Assembly: GCA_963799845.1 (NCBI GenBank)
Contig: CAWCYI010000007.1
Span: forward strand, 1 to 64,000
Source of the DNA: an uncultured Nitrososphaerota archaeon
GTDB lineage: Archaea; Thermoproteota; Nitrososphaeria; Nitrososphaerales; CADDZS01
Reading direction: 5' to 3'
DNA: 64,000 nt
Shown here one piece after another: positions 1-11,985 of the stretch (positions within the stretch are counted from its first letter, which is position 1; each line of letters starts with the position of its first letter). The translations under genes and the position numbers were made by a program. The notes below the pieces were generated by a model, which was not told where the DNA came from, made no database searches, and saw nothing but the letters and a program-made list of their open reading frames with translations.

Positions 1-521
1 TTAGGGAGAAAGGACCTAATGAGAATCCCAGCAAAGACGAACTTGGTCCGGGCTGCCAAATGCCCTCAAGGATCCCGGACGGAGTAGCATTGCGAAAGAA
101 ATTCAAAAATGGTTGCCTTGCATCAATGATGCTTTTGGTCTTGCCAGAGACTCTTTGTCACTTGTAGACTCACAAATGTGATTAAGTTCCCCGTCAAGAA
201 CCATACAAAACTATACCGGGGGAACTCACTAAAAAGTATGAAAATGTGCGTGAAATGGACGCAAATGACAAGCAAGACCTGCTCTCAAGGCATAACTATC
301 ACAGCATCGATCATCTAGTTCGAGAAATTGAATTTGTAAAACCTTCTGTAGTGATTGCATTCGGAAGACTAGCGTTCAATGGAGCTCTATTGACAAAAAG
401 AAAGAAAAATTCAGAATTTGAAATCTTGCCTTTGGGTCATCCTTCTCGAACGCGTTACACCAAGGATCAAGTAAATGCACTTTTGTGGCACACTTTTGAA
501 AGCAATAGGACAGAAAGATAA
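1..521 (+). CDS. Uracil-DNA glycosylase-like family protein (partial/frameshifted; C-terminal ORF 246..521)
   Basis: REIEFVKPSVVIAFGRLA and LPLGHPS motifs are typical of the UDG superfamily C-terminus. Confidence 0.55.
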
Positions 522-747
522 CGGGCAAACCAGAAAATAAATGTCAATTAGTTACTTGACCTCTAACTCTATTGCATGGAAATAATGGAAAGTAACGTTC
601 TCGGTCATAATTCTGATAGGTATTATTGGAATCATACTTGGCACTGCCTAACAGAATCTAGTTCACCCCATCTTTTCTTCGCTGCAGGGATCCGCTTTTG
701 CGTTCATCCCGGATCGCTCTGATCACAAATAATGGTAAATCGCTGTT

Positions 748-1248
748 TCAATGCCTAGAGATTTGTAGGTGTCTAAGCTCATTCCCAACCGCTTCGACGA
801 AAGGAGAATTTTTCTCGTCCTCGATATTTAGGATAAGACAGACTGCATTCTCGGTCACTTTGTCCTTGAGTATGGCAAGTCTTTGAAGATCGTTGTGAAG
901 TGCGCCAAGGAGCCTCTTCGGATTCTCGTTGTAGTACCAGTTATTCAACTCGGCGCAAACTAGGAACTTGCTTTTCTCGTCATGCGGCCTGCTAATCACA
1001 AGATCGATGTAGTTTTTCTGCAGCCTGAATTCTTGGATTTTTATCAATGATTCCTTCATGCTCTGCATCAAAGAGTCACCCCAGGCTCCTTCTCTTGTCT
1101 CGAGCTTGACGCTGACATGAACATCGAATGCGTTATCGGCAGAGTTCAGCAGGCGATGACAAAGTTGCATCAAAAGGTCGTCCTCGTGCCAAAACATCAT
1201 CAATTCGCTCGGATATGCTTCGAGCCTCTTTTCATTAGTCCCTGCCAC
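748..1248 (-). CDS. Hypothetical protein, possibly nuclease-fold
   Basis: 166-aa ORF; IDLVI...LVCAELN is loosely PD-(D/E)xK-like. Confidence 0.4.
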   Translation of the reverse strand: MAGTNEKRLEAYPSELMMFWHEDDLLMQLCHRLLNSADNAFDVHVSVKLETREGAWGDSLMQSMKESLIKIQEFRLQKNYIDLVISRPHDEKSKFLVCAELNNWYYNENPKRLLGALHNDLQRLAILKDKVTENAVCLILNIEDEKNSPFVEAVGNELRHLQISRH

Positions 1249-1347
1249 GCAGTTTTCAGTTTCAGCAGGGCGACGTCAGATTCGGGATCATTCTAAGATG
1301 ACCTGCGTCAAAGGATCTGGTCGAGCAACTGGCTCCCTTCAAACTGA

Positions 1348-1785
1348 TCAGGTGATCTTTAGTTTGCGAGTTGTAATTAGAATAATAGATAATTTTAATG
1401 TTCTACTTTTCGGACTTGCCCATGAAGGGCTGACCCTGCTACTATGCGTGGCAGTTTTGTTCATGATATTCCACACACCGTCGATCCGGGCGAGGTTATG
1501 AAAGTCAACCCACTCATCGCCAAACCCGAGCAGGACATTCGCAACATCTCCCATCTGATTCACCGAAATAATTCGTGGTTGAATGGGTTCACCGTCTTCG
1601 TTAGCCCACTCTTGGAAGGTTTTGTCACCGAGCAGCCAATTGTTCAACTTGCCATCTTTGCCGAAATAAAATATCCATGCGTCCTTATGGAATGCTTCCC
1701 TGAACTTGCTCGAATCGTGCGTGTTAAACCCATCAATGTATAGGTGAATCGTCCGAACGATTTCGTCGTAGTCAGTTAGACTCAT
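1348..1785 (-). CDS. NTF2-like / putative lumazine-binding family protein
   Basis: DYDEIVRTIHLYIDG...FREAFHKDA...WVDFHNLARIDGVWNIMNKT; ATG at 1785. Confidence 0.75.
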   Translation of the reverse strand: MSLTDYDEIVRTIHLYIDGFNTHDSSKFREAFHKDAWIFYFGKDGKLNNWLLGDKTFQEWANEDGEPIQPRIISVNQMGDVANVLLGFGDEWVDFHNLARIDGVWNIMNKTATHSSRVSPSWASPKSRTLKLSIILITTRKLKIT

Positions 1786-2497
1786 GTGCACTTCGCGGTC
1801 TAGTCTTGTAAAATAGCCTTTCGATTCCCCTGAATGCAATTTCGAGTGAGCAGTTACTCTCTGACCAATTTCAGCAGGATGAAGAATCTTCGAGAACGGA
1901 AGTTAGTTCAAGATCCTATCAATATCAAGGAAGGATAATTGCTCAGTATTCCATTTCCTTGGGAAAATCTTCGGGAATTACCCCATGCTCTGCTTCAAAA
2001 GTCTTAATCGCTTTTTCCAAGAATAAGTATAATTTCTTCGCGGAAACCGGGCTTAATATGACCATTCCGTCCGAATAGTCAGTACCACTTTCCATTTTCT
2101 TTTATTTTCTCATTCAGCAATTCCAGTCTGAAATCCTGAGTAGTGACTGCGCCGTATATGTTAGTGGCATAGAATTTGAGATAATTGAAAGCTCTTTCAA
2201 TGTTTTCAGAGGAAGGCTCGGACGATTTCTTTGATTTAGCCAAATTCAACAACCTACGCCAAAGACCTAACACGAGAGATGCGCGCCTTAGACTTCTTAG
2301 TGATAGTCGACTGCCTACGTCGCTGTCTTACCCTAACATTGGGATTTCCACTTATGTCGCGCCATTGCTTGGCAAAGTTCTTGTTAATATCTTTCGTAAT
2401 TTTTTCAAAGTTATCCATTTCGAGTTTGGATATCTTTTTCATCAGTTTAATGTCGTAAATCTTCATGAAATCTCAAATTCCGTATGATTATAACTAA

Positions 2498-3145
2498 CTA
2501 ACGCAATTTTTCCACGGTAGAATATATACTTCTTGAGTAGGGCTTGAAACGGTCTTGAGAGGTTTTAGAATTCCAAAATCCCCGTTTTATGCTCTTAAAT
2601 GTATTTTCAATTTCCACAAAATGATAGAAATTCAGAAGAGCGCTAACATTCGCTTTCATTGGGAAAAGGTCCTTGCGAGCGTCGTACATGAAATAAATGA
2701 AATTTGCTGGAGTCCACGCCCGAAGACTTTTTCTTTCTGACTTAGAATAGTAAGCAGTTGCTTCAATCAATTTTGCGTCGTTCGATACAAGAGCATAACA
2801 ATCTAGGTCGACCGCACTTGCAATTCCTTTGTAATCCATATCCTGAACTTGAATGTTAGCATTCTTGCATTTTCGTTTTACATTCGTGAACATTTCTTGA
2901 TCAGTTTGATTCATTTCAAAACAAGGCGTAGCCCTTAGCATTCCTCTAGCTTCAGCCGAGCTACATTCAAAGAAATTGGTTTCTGACATTACCATTTTGT
3001 AGCCTGCAGAAACGAAATAATCAATGACAATTTTGAGTATGTTCACGTCGGGATTAAAAAATCCAATTATTGCAGATGCGTCAAATGCTATTTTGACGTT
3101 TGAAAGCGAAGACGACATAGCTTCGGCAGTGTCAAAGGTCATCAC
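2498..3145 (-). CDS. PIN-domain protein
   Basis: IAFDASAII, ETNFFE, QDMDYKGIASA and LVSNDAKL acidic motifs. Confidence 0.65.
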   Translation of the reverse strand: MMTFDTAEAMSSSLSNVKIAFDASAIIGFFNPDVNILKIVIDYFVSAGYKMVMSETNFFECSSAEARGMLRATPCFEMNQTDQEMFTNVKRKCKNANIQVQDMDYKGIASAVDLDCYALVSNDAKLIEATAYYSKSERKSLRAWTPANFIYFMYDARKDLFPMKANVSALLNFYHFVEIENTFKSIKRGFWNSKTSQDRFKPYSRSIYSTVEKLR

Positions 3146-3408
3146 CGTAATAAAGTTAGTAAGATTCCGTTAACAGACGCACTTTGAATAACATGCCCGC
3201 AATCATATTTCGTTTCTTTTAGTATAGTTGCCACCTTCACCCGGAAAGAACTCTGTGATCTTCTGATCGGAAGAATGCATACAGGTTGGGCAGACTGTAT
3301 CTATTCGTTCTTTCTAAACGTAGGTGGTCGTTATATATCTAAACGACAAGAACCACCACGGACGGGTGTGGAGTCTTCAAGGCAAGACCTTAGCCGAGTG
3401 GCGAAACT

Positions 3409-5578
3409 ATGAACGAAGAACAATTATCATTGAAGATTGTTGAGTCCCTGAACAAGACTTCGATAGATTACCATTTCAAGTTTATAGATGATTTTTGTGA
3501 TATTGCAGATCAGAAAAATAGAATCTATATCGAGGTCAAACCAGATCACTTTGCCCCCGCCCAGATACTTCATGCTCTTGCTATCAAGAAAATAAAGGAT
3601 GCGAAATATCTCGGCGTTACAGATTCTAAGGAAGTCAGATCTGTATGTACCACCGCCATTTGAGAAAATTCTTGCCTTTGCTACGAGTTTACAATTCGAA
3701 GCTCGTATTCTCGGCTAGCCAAGTCGACAAACCAGATCTAAATTTTCGAGCTGAGAAGATTTTCAGGTGATCCAGACAGAACCATAAAATTGGAATTTTC
3801 AACTTCACAATATTTCTTCATAAATAAGGACAACATGAAATCGGTCAGATCGATAACTGACAAGTACCAGAATACGGCTCGATCTTTTAGTTAACTGGCT
3901 CGATGGAGTGGGCGAGACAGATTCCATCAAGGTTAACACAGAAGGTTGGCTGGTGAATATAGACAAGGCAGATATTTTCACCAATGAGGCTCCTCACGAG
4001 AAAGAAGAAAGGGAACTAACCGAGTTCGGCGGTTCTCGCAGGCCTAAGTATATTTCGATAAAATCAATTGATGGATATTGGTTTGAATCTCTGCGGATTA
4101 AGCATGAAGACCTTGCAGTCATTCTCCATGAAGTAGATCGGTTACTTACTCGGAAAAAAAGACGAGAGAGCGGGGTCTTTTGGACTGAAGCCGAAATAGG
4201 GGATAGACTTGCTGACGAGATAATGGAGTCAACGAAGCCCGACTATGTTGTAGAGCCTTGCGTCGGGGGCGGTTCGCTCATCAAGAAAATGGTACCGCGC
4301 GTCAAAGGAGCTATGAATGACATCAGCGTAGGACATGTAGAGAATTGCAAGAAAATTTTTGACGGGTACGACTGGAAATTTACTTCACTTGATGTAGTGA
4401 AAACAGATACTAAAGACCTGATTCGAGAATGGGGCATACCATTAGATAAAACGCTGCTTCTATACACTAATCCACCTTTCGGAACTGGGTCGGGCAACAA
4501 ACTCGTATCGAAGCAAAGTGAAATGGATGGTAAACTCTCACGAAGTCAGGCAATAGTTTATCCTGATGCATTACTGAAATACGGCAAAGGCGACCTGTTC
4601 CTTCCTATTGTCGGAAGATTAATCGAGATCGCCAAAGCTCACAAGAAAACTTGGATAGACTTCTTCTCCCCGTTTGGTTTGTTCTGCGGAAAACACACGA
4701 AGCTCTTAGAGAACTTGCTTAAGGACTTCACATTTCTGAAAGGATACGTCTTTGCGGGCAACTACTTCCATGACATCAATCAACTGAAACCGATAGACTT
4801 CAGCGTTTGGGAATACGGTGCAGCGCAACCAGGCAAGCTTCTAGACTTGAGTTTCGACTTTATAGATAAGAACGGGAACGCAAAACAAGTCAAGTTCAAG
4901 GAGCTTCCATTGCTAAAAGACGCTTGGAGATACGACCGACGAGACAAGGGAATCGTGAAGGGGGAAATCGTTGCTCAACACTCTGAAAGCTTCAACGCAC
5001 CTGCACCCAAGGTGCTACACCTTAATCCAAAACAGGGTGGTTCGGAAATGATTCCCGAGAATGTGATTAAGACTCTCGGGATACCCGGTCTTCCAGACGA
5101 GCTTGTCTACGGACTCTGGAGCGTTTCAGTCGGGGCTAAGGTTTTTTGGACTTCCTTGAGCAACATGCTTCATCCAATCTATTTTGATAATGCCTTTGTT
5201 CATCTTCCAGATTTTTCAAAACGAGAAACGATTGAAATTCTCGCCTATTCCGCGCTTCACGCTTTGCTTCGTAACTACGCTTATGGTAAGATTGGTTTCT
5301 TTGGTGCTAACAAGGTATTCAAGTTCGGTGGCGAGAGGCTCACCAAGGGAGTTGAGTATCTGTTCGACATTTGCAAGGACTGCGTTGTTTATGAAAACCA
5401 CACGATAGGAGAAGTGCTCGATCAAATCAAGGAATCAAAGGTTGACTTCGGGAAATGTACCAAGGGAATTAAATACGAAGTTGCAAAGCGTCAGGCTCAG
5501 ATCGGTTATTGGGATTACGTGCCTATTCCTCTAGTTTCCGCGTCAGAATCGGCTCAATCAACATCTCTGACAAATTAG
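3409..5578 (+). CDS. Fused restriction endonuclease/N6-adenine methyltransferase (Type IIG-like), frameshifted between 3663 and 3908
   Basis: N-terminal CDIAD..IYIEVK nuclease motif; GVFWT, VVEPCVGGGSL (SAM-binding) and TNPPFG catalytic motif. Confidence 0.75.
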
Positions 5579-6191
5579 ACGACGAAGAATAGTTGCCAAC
5601 TAGCCATGTCTAGACAAGCTGAGAGCTAATATGAAAACAGCAGAAACATCCCCAAAGGAATATCGCTCTGCCCTATACTTTCAGGACTTGTTCTTTACAC
5701 TGAATGCCGCTCAGCAAGATCCCGCTGCCTTCTTACATCTGCCTGATTTGGAACTACTCGAGATTTTCGAGAACGAAATTCAACCAATCATTGAGTCAAA
5801 TCTCGGGACTGTCAAGATCAGCAGAATGAGGATCTAGGGCTCGGTGACGACGGATGGGCTCAAAAAAAGCAGGGGGATGCATATCATCGATCTTGCAAAG
5901 GTCAAAGTTTCCTAATCTTTCGGCAAAGGGGAAATCAATCTACGAAAGCAGGGAATCCTATGTTGATTATGTCGCAGGACGACCTTTCATCACCTGCCAT
6001 TTTTTTCAAAGGGGGCCAAAAAAATCATGGAATCCTGGAACATATATCCACTATGCCGAAAATACCTCACCTAAGGCAGTGTTTTCGACGATATCCCCAG
6101 CTGCCAGACGCACGATCCTGGCAGATTCGATTTGGGTGCCTTTACATAGCGATTCGAGCCTCAAATCAGAGAGTCAGGAACTAAAATAAAG

Positions 6192-6659
6192 ATGGCTTTC
6201 AATCGAGTGTTGCTGGAATTCTGTGGGTTGAGGGCTGACGAGCGAGAGTACGAACGAATCGAACCGGAAATCATCCGCTGCTTACAATTTTCAGAAGTGA
6301 AGATCAGACGCTGCATATCTTTCATCCAGCAGTTTCCCGCCGAAGGAGAGGTCAGCGTGGAGCTCGAGTTGGAAGCCCCGCCACATCTGACAAACGATCT
6401 GATAACTGGAACCAGGTCGCTTCACTTGCTAATCCAAAAATGGGGTCCTCGGACCGCCGAGGGGATAAAGAAGGACCGACTCTTCCTGATGCTCGTCGAC
6501 GATCCGCTTTCTAGGCTCGGACGTGATGAGATTGAGATCGCTTTAGTCGTTCTGGATGAGTTTCCCTGTGCTTCAAGAAGTTTTATGGAAATGGAAGCAG
6601 TAAAGTTAGAGAAAGAACTGGGAATTTTAGACGGAGACTTTAGACTGGGATTGAGATGA
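6192..6659 (+). CDS. Hypothetical protein
   Basis: 155-aa ORF with ATG start following the upstream ORF. Confidence 0.45.
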   Translation: MAFNRVLLEFCGLRADEREYERIEPEIIRCLQFSEVKIRRCISFIQQFPAEGEVSVELELEAPPHLTNDLITGTRSLHLLIQKWGPRTAEGIKKDRLFLMLVDDPLSRLGRDEIEIALVVLDEFPCASRSFMEMEAVKLEKELGILDGDFRLGLR

Positions 6660-6720
6660 GCGTAAGAACCAAAAAACGCTGCAAATCAAATATTGCAAAG
6701 AACAACTGAGGCTTTCATTC

Positions 6721-7470
6721 TTATTCTTCTTCGTAAGAATCTTCGTCGACCAGGTCGTCGCCAGACTCATTGGGTGCTAGTTCGATCTGGTCATTTTCAT
6801 CGCCCGGTTTATCATCCGCACCGACCTTCAAATCTCTCTCTACGCAATAATCCTTCTTCCTTTCAGCCAACACTTTAGAATTTACTTCTTCGAGATCGAA
6901 TAAACCGATCTTCCCGAGCATCTGAAATCTCTCCACGTCTTTTTGGGTGATCAGCACCAATCTCCCCGAAGGAAGGGATAGAGTTCCCCTATTGACAACA
7001 ACGTAGTCAAAAATTGCCTCACAAATTTTTGCTAGTATTACTTCGGTGAGTGGCGGCTCGTTACCACTTCGGAGCTTCTCCCTGTAATCTCGCAGGGGAG
7101 GGTCGAGCTCTTTTAGGAACGGGTGCTTTTTTTCATCTCCATATCTGATCAGATCACGGACATTGATTAGAGCTTCGTACTTGCCATTTCCCAAGTCGTT
7201 GGTCTTGATTTCCCCCGCCATCTGAGTTAGACGAGCTCTCAGTTCTTGGGGAGATTCTTCTTTCTCTGGCACCTTGTGTGTATCAGCGTTAAGCGCGGAG
7301 CTCTCCAAGTCTTTCTTTAATAGCGACCGCACGTAATCGCTCGGGCTTCGGAACCCCCGTTTTTGCGCCTCTCTTTGCAGGAGATTAGCCTCTGCCTCGG
7401 GCATATGAATGTAAACGCTCTTTCTTTGATTGTTCGCACTCTCGATCTTAGTTGGTGGCTGAGTTACCAT
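6721..7470 (-). CDS. Ribbon-helix-helix (CopG-like) N-terminal domain protein
   Basis: KSVYIHMPEAEANLLQREAQKRGFRSPSDYVRSLL. Confidence 0.65.
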   Translation of the reverse strand: MVTQPPTKIESANNQRKSVYIHMPEAEANLLQREAQKRGFRSPSDYVRSLLKKDLESSALNADTHKVPEKEESPQELRARLTQMAGEIKTNDLGNGKYEALINVRDLIRYGDEKKHPFLKELDPPLRDYREKLRSGNEPPLTEVILAKICEAIFDYVVVNRGTLSLPSGRLVLITQKDVERFQMLGKIGLFDLEEVNSKVLAERKKDYCVERDLKVGADDKPGDENDQIELAPNESGDDLVDEDSYEEE

Positions 7471-7477
7471 TTTTTAC

Positions 7478-7771
7478 TTACGCCCTAATTTCTGGCTGCC
7501 ATCGAAAAAACGGCTGATCCTTTCTTTGAAGTAGAGCTTCGTGTTCAGCGTCGACATAGTTTGCAACATAGGCTTCTTCTTCGCGTTGAATTTTCAATAT
7601 CAATGCTTTCGAGATGTAGCACCGCTTTGTCGTTGTTCTCATTACGTTTTGCTTCTCATCATGGTCGAAATAGATAAACTGCCGACTAGAATTTTTTCGC
7701 TTGCGGATTCGGCGCTTGCCATATTTCCCGCATTTCGGGCAGAGTCTCTCGATGTTCTGGTTGGACAACAA
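7478..7771 (-). CDS. Small Zn-binding protein of archaeal mobile-element type
   Basis: CPKCGKYG...YFDH...RCYI pattern. Confidence 0.5.
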   Translation of the reverse strand: MLSNQNIERLCPKCGKYGKRRIRKRKNSSRQFIYFDHDEKQNVMRTTTKRCYISKALILKIQREEEAYVANYVDAEHEALLQRKDQPFFRWQPEIRA

Positions 7772-8238
7772 TCTGCCATCTTCTCAAAGAGAGTAATTGA
7801 CTGCTATATTTGTAAAACACTGACACATGGTAGATTCCAAATTAAACTGTCCAGTTTTGCACTTTTGTTCCAACGCGTTCTTCCGAGACAGTTATTTTCT
7901 TAATCGTTGCCTCAACGAAAACTGGGAATTCGTCTTTTGGAATCTGGGCTAGTCGTTGGCTTTTGGTAACTTATCGGGAGATTGAAGCAAGTTTTCTTCG
8001 TGTTAACTGGCGGGGGATGGTTCTAGGTCGTGTTTAGGATTTCCTCAATTCCAATACTGACTCATAGTTTTTTAGTGAAACGAGCATTCCTATTACTATG
8101 TAGAGGACAGTTACACCTATCCTTCGGACCGATTCGCCACTCGTAACTCGTGGTGATGAGGGTATCTTTCTTTTTCTTCTTGATTTTCTTCAAGAGCATC
8201 AAGCAACTCACTCTGCTGCTGCTACGCACTCATAACAA

Positions 8239-8679
8239 TCACTGGGCGTCAGTCATGCTGATGTTCTCAGAAGCGAAATCGTCCCCCATGATCTTCTGAA
8301 TCTTGGGCAAGAGAGACGATTTTCTGATGCTGGTGTCCGGGTCGTACTCCGCGAGTATCTTTTTCAGACCAGCCTTAATCCGGTCCAATTCTGCCTGTAT
8401 CTCGTACGAAGGTCGCGCTAGAGAATCCTTCTTCTCGATTCTCGCTATCTCTGCCTTGACGTAAGAATCTTCGGAAAGCCCAAGAAACTGGATTTCGTTT
8501 TGTCGTAGCGGCAGATAGAAAGTCCTGCTGACTTTTTCTGTATTCTCCAGTGATGTGTCAGCCGCATACTGTTGTTTTCTGGATTTCTCGACTGATTTTC
8601 TGGGTCTTCGTCTTAAGAGTAAAAGCTTGCGACCGTCCACGCAAATCTTTACATCCTGGTCAGTAAACAAACATGGCAT
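8239..8679 (-). CDS. Hypothetical protein, possibly AbrB-like DNA-binding
   Basis: TFYLPLRQNEIQFLGLSEDSYVKAEI resembles an AbrB/SpoVT motif. Confidence 0.4.
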   Translation of the reverse strand: MPCLFTDQDVKICVDGRKLLLLRRRPRKSVEKSRKQQYAADTSLENTEKVSRTFYLPLRQNEIQFLGLSEDSYVKAEIARIEKKDSLARPSYEIQAELDRIKAGLKKILAEYDPDTSIRKSSLLPKIQKIMGDDFASENISMTDAQ

Positions 8680-8795
8680 TGTCGTAAGCGAACAGCCGTC
8701 TGCTTTAGTAGTTTAAGGTCGTGGAAGCAGGGGAGATTTGCTGCTAGTTTCCTCATAATTTGGGCAATTTTTCTTCCCCTTCAGAACCCTATAGC

Positions 8796-8846
8796 GGTGC
8801 AAATCCCATCCCCTCCACACCTACCTAGGTTCTTATTTACACCTCC
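8796..8846 (+). other. attL-like site: tRNA 3'-end-like fragment (core CCATCCCCTCCAC, 8806-8818) plus arm
   Basis: GGTGCAAATCCCATCCCCTCCAC resembles a T-loop plus acceptor strand; arm 8815-8846 is an inverted copy of the motifs at 26340 and 51918; lies 3 bp before the integrase ATG. Confidence 0.7.
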
Positions 8847-8849
8847 AAA

Positions 8850-10036
8850 ATGACTTCTAGCCTGATGCAGGCTGGCGCCATAGCGGAACCGACTCTAAAT
8901 ATTCCCCAGGAAGAGGAGGCTGTAACGATGTTCAAAGCGGGCCATCGGTCTCCTCAAACTCTCGACCACAACCAACGCTTCCTAAATTATTTCGTCAAAG
9001 CCTTCCTGAAAATGTCCTCACAGGAATTTGTGGATAGAACCCGGCATGATTTGAAATGGGGAGAGGCGAGGAATGCAGCGTACTTCATCACGATCAAAGG
9101 CCGCGTTCAACGGAAGGAAATCGAATCGGATAGTGTTCACAACTTCCGGGACCCGATCAAAATCCTGTGCGACATGAATGACCTCTCCCTTAATTGGAAG
9201 AGGTTGGATAAGATCCTCCCCGCCAGACGTCGCAAGGCATTCAAAGGAGTGGCTGCCCCAAAAGAAACTCTGCGAACACTTTGCTCGTATCCCGATAGGA
9301 GAATGAAGCCGATTGTTACGACGATGACAAGCGGAGGCCCTTCGCGTGGGTGTGTGGGACTACCTTTCTGTTGGTGATCTAGAACCGGCTTATCTGAATG
9401 GGAAGCTAGTCGAGGGAAAGCTGACGGTTTATCGTGGTGAACCCGAAGAATATCCCACTAGGATTTCTCTCGAGGCATATAATTTTTGGATGCAGAATTT
9501 TGATGAACGCAGACAGGCGGGGGAAGATGTCAAGCCGGACTGTCCGCTCGCTCGCGATCTCTGGACTGGTGACCGTACTGGAAAGGGCATTGCACGATTT
9601 CCAAAACGACTGAAGAGGTACTGGAGTGAAACGACTCTTGGAGGATGCGTGGGGGGCCTTTCCCAATTTACGAAAAAAGAAACCCGGCACGAAGAAGTAC
9701 GACATCAAAGCAACCCACTTTGGTAGGAAATACTTCGAGACTGGGGCGCTGAAAGCTGGGCTCGAGCCCTGGCAAATCAAAATTTTCCGAGGTGACATCC
9801 TCCCAACTGATCTTGGCTACGAGGGCTTTACAGAGGAAGAATTGACTGCCCTTCACCTGAAAGCCGACCCAGAGCTCGTCATCTTCGATTCTCTGGTACC
9901 AGATTCCGGGGAAGTCGAAGACCTTCGAAAAGAGGTTGGGAGTCTAAAGGAGAAACTCAATCGGAATGAGGAGCTAATGCAGCAGGTCCTTGCGAAGCTC
10001 AAAGAGTCGGAACAAGAACGAGAGAAGGGAAATTAG
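8850..10036 (+). CDS. Tyrosine recombinase/integrase, two frameshifts (ORFs 8850-9377, 9346-9726, 9626-10036)
   Basis: MTSGG.R(+fs)GVWDYL; KLTVYRGEPEEY; ATHFGRKYFET (HxxR); C-terminal Tyr region and coiled-coil tail. Confidence 0.85.
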
Positions 10037-10463
10037 TCAGAGTAGCACTTGTTGATAGAATATACATTTACGTAAAGCTGCCTTCGAAGGAGATTATTTT
10101 GCATAAATGACGCAATACAAAATGCTCCTATTTTTGAACCGAGATAGGAGCGATCCCGAAAGGATTCGCTATGCCATGATCGGGCCACTGTCAGGCAGAT
10201 TTTGTGAAATTATAAGTAACGACATGCACTCCGAGCGGAGTTCTTGTAGAACTTTGTTAGAGTTCTGACCAAGTAGTCTTTACTCTCCAGGAACTCTTTC
10301 GCAAGTTCGGTAGTAGGATCTGCCATGATCGGAACGGTTAACAGAGGACCTAAAAAAGATGTGGTTGGAGAGAAGTTGTTGTAGGTCTCTCACTCAACGC
10401 ATTGAAAGCCATGACCTCAGTTTGGCAAATCGTAATAAGTATCATCGAATTCTAATGTTCTAT

Positions 10464-10560
10464 ATGCGATTAGATTATTTTCGGGTCAAAAATCTTCTTT
10501 CATTTTCAGAAAATGGTGCGGAGATTGGTGGTTTCGATAATTACAATGTGATAGTAGTCC
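10464..10560 (+). pseudogene. N-terminal remnant of an AAA/OLD-like ATPase
   Basis: MRLDYFRVKNLLSF...FDNYNVIV; homology ends just before the expected Walker A. Confidence 0.45.
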
Positions 10561-11686
10561 AATTTACTGGCGACTGCCAGAACGGCTTGATCGATATCCC
10601 GCCCTCTTCTAGGACATTTCAGGGGTTTTTTCTAAAATGTCCTATCTATGAGAAAACCTCCCATAATCATCTCACTCTCACGAAAGAGTACAATCGAAGT
10701 TTGTCACAGATCTACCAAACTAGATTTATCTGGAATTACACCAATTGACTTTTGTTGTCATTTACACCATACTTAGAAAGTGATGAAATGGAACGATCAC
10801 ATTAGGTAATGCAAAATGCACCAATGCCGACAATGGCATTATAGTAAGAGGTACTTCTAAGACTAACTGTTCCATTCATTACTTTTCTTAAACTCGGTAA
10901 AAACTTGTCAAGGTCAGTTTGCTCCAATTTTGGACTGAATAGGGTTGAGGAAAATTAGCACTAAAATTGGTTGTTCCATTCATCGCTTTCTGATTAGGAA
11001 TCTGCTTTTTGAAAATACAACACACAGGAAGAATCCCAGCACAGTTATGCAAGAATCCGACACCTGGCAACCTCCTATTTTGGAGGCTGGGAAGATAAGA
11101 AAAGTTAAGCCGGTTTAGATCAGGAACAATTTTTGTAGAGGGTTCCTGATCGTAACGTCTACTTCGATTTTTTTCTTTTGATTTTAGGAAATTTATCGAG
11201 CACGAGATTAGGAGCTTCGCCACGAATTATTCCTTGGAGACTTTGGAGAAATGCAAGCGTGGTCCTTTCGTCATATCCAAGATTTTGCGATATCCCCTTT
11301 AGAGTCCTGGGCCTCCGCATCCTGTTTATCTTACTCTTTATCCACTTCAATGTGTCTTCACTGAAAATGTAATCACCGAGAACATCGAATTTGTTATTCG
11401 CGAACTCCGCGATCTTCTCTGGTGGAATCCCAGACACTTGAGATAATTCCTGCAGCGAGACAAAGTAACCGATCTCACCAAACGGCAGTGGGTTCCTCTT
11501 TTTCTCGTCTGAAGATTCTCACCTCTCTTCATTGTTCTTGGCGAATCGTGCATTCAAGCGCCCGTTGGCGGTCTCCATTTTTTTCGGATTTCTTTGTTTA
11601 GCCCACAAGTAAGAGACTATGCTGTTGAGGCATTCGGCATAGGAATTATAGAAAGCGGGATAACCATACTTTTAGCGCGCGCGCGC

Positions 11687-11938
11687 GGATTATCCGGGGC
11701 CTTCCAAATGGGGTTCAGCCACGGGATCTTTTGCGTGGGCTGTTGCTGGGCCTATATGCTAGTCATGCTTGCCGTAGGGGCTATGGGTATTCCGATAATG
11801 GCGGCTCTAACCGGAATGATTGCTCTAGAAAAAGTGGTGGTGCGCGGATCCGTCTGGTTTACGAGGATCGTTGCAATTGGGTTCATTGCCTTAGGAGTTC
11901 TAGTAGGATTGTTTCCGGTTCTCCTGTCGTACCTCTAG
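11687..11938 (+). pseudogene. C-terminal fragment of DUF2182 metal-binding membrane protein
   Basis: GAFQMGFSHGIFCVGCCWAYMLVMLAVGAM...ALEK; N-terminus absent. Confidence 0.75.
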
Positions 11939-11985
11939 GTTTCCATTTCCTAATCCAAATTCTCGTTACGGGTTTGGGATTGGGC

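Noticed and set aside
8720-8820. Complete tRNA gene
   Set aside because: No GGAGGGG 5' acceptor strand or D/anticodon arms; the 5' side of the T-stem does not pair
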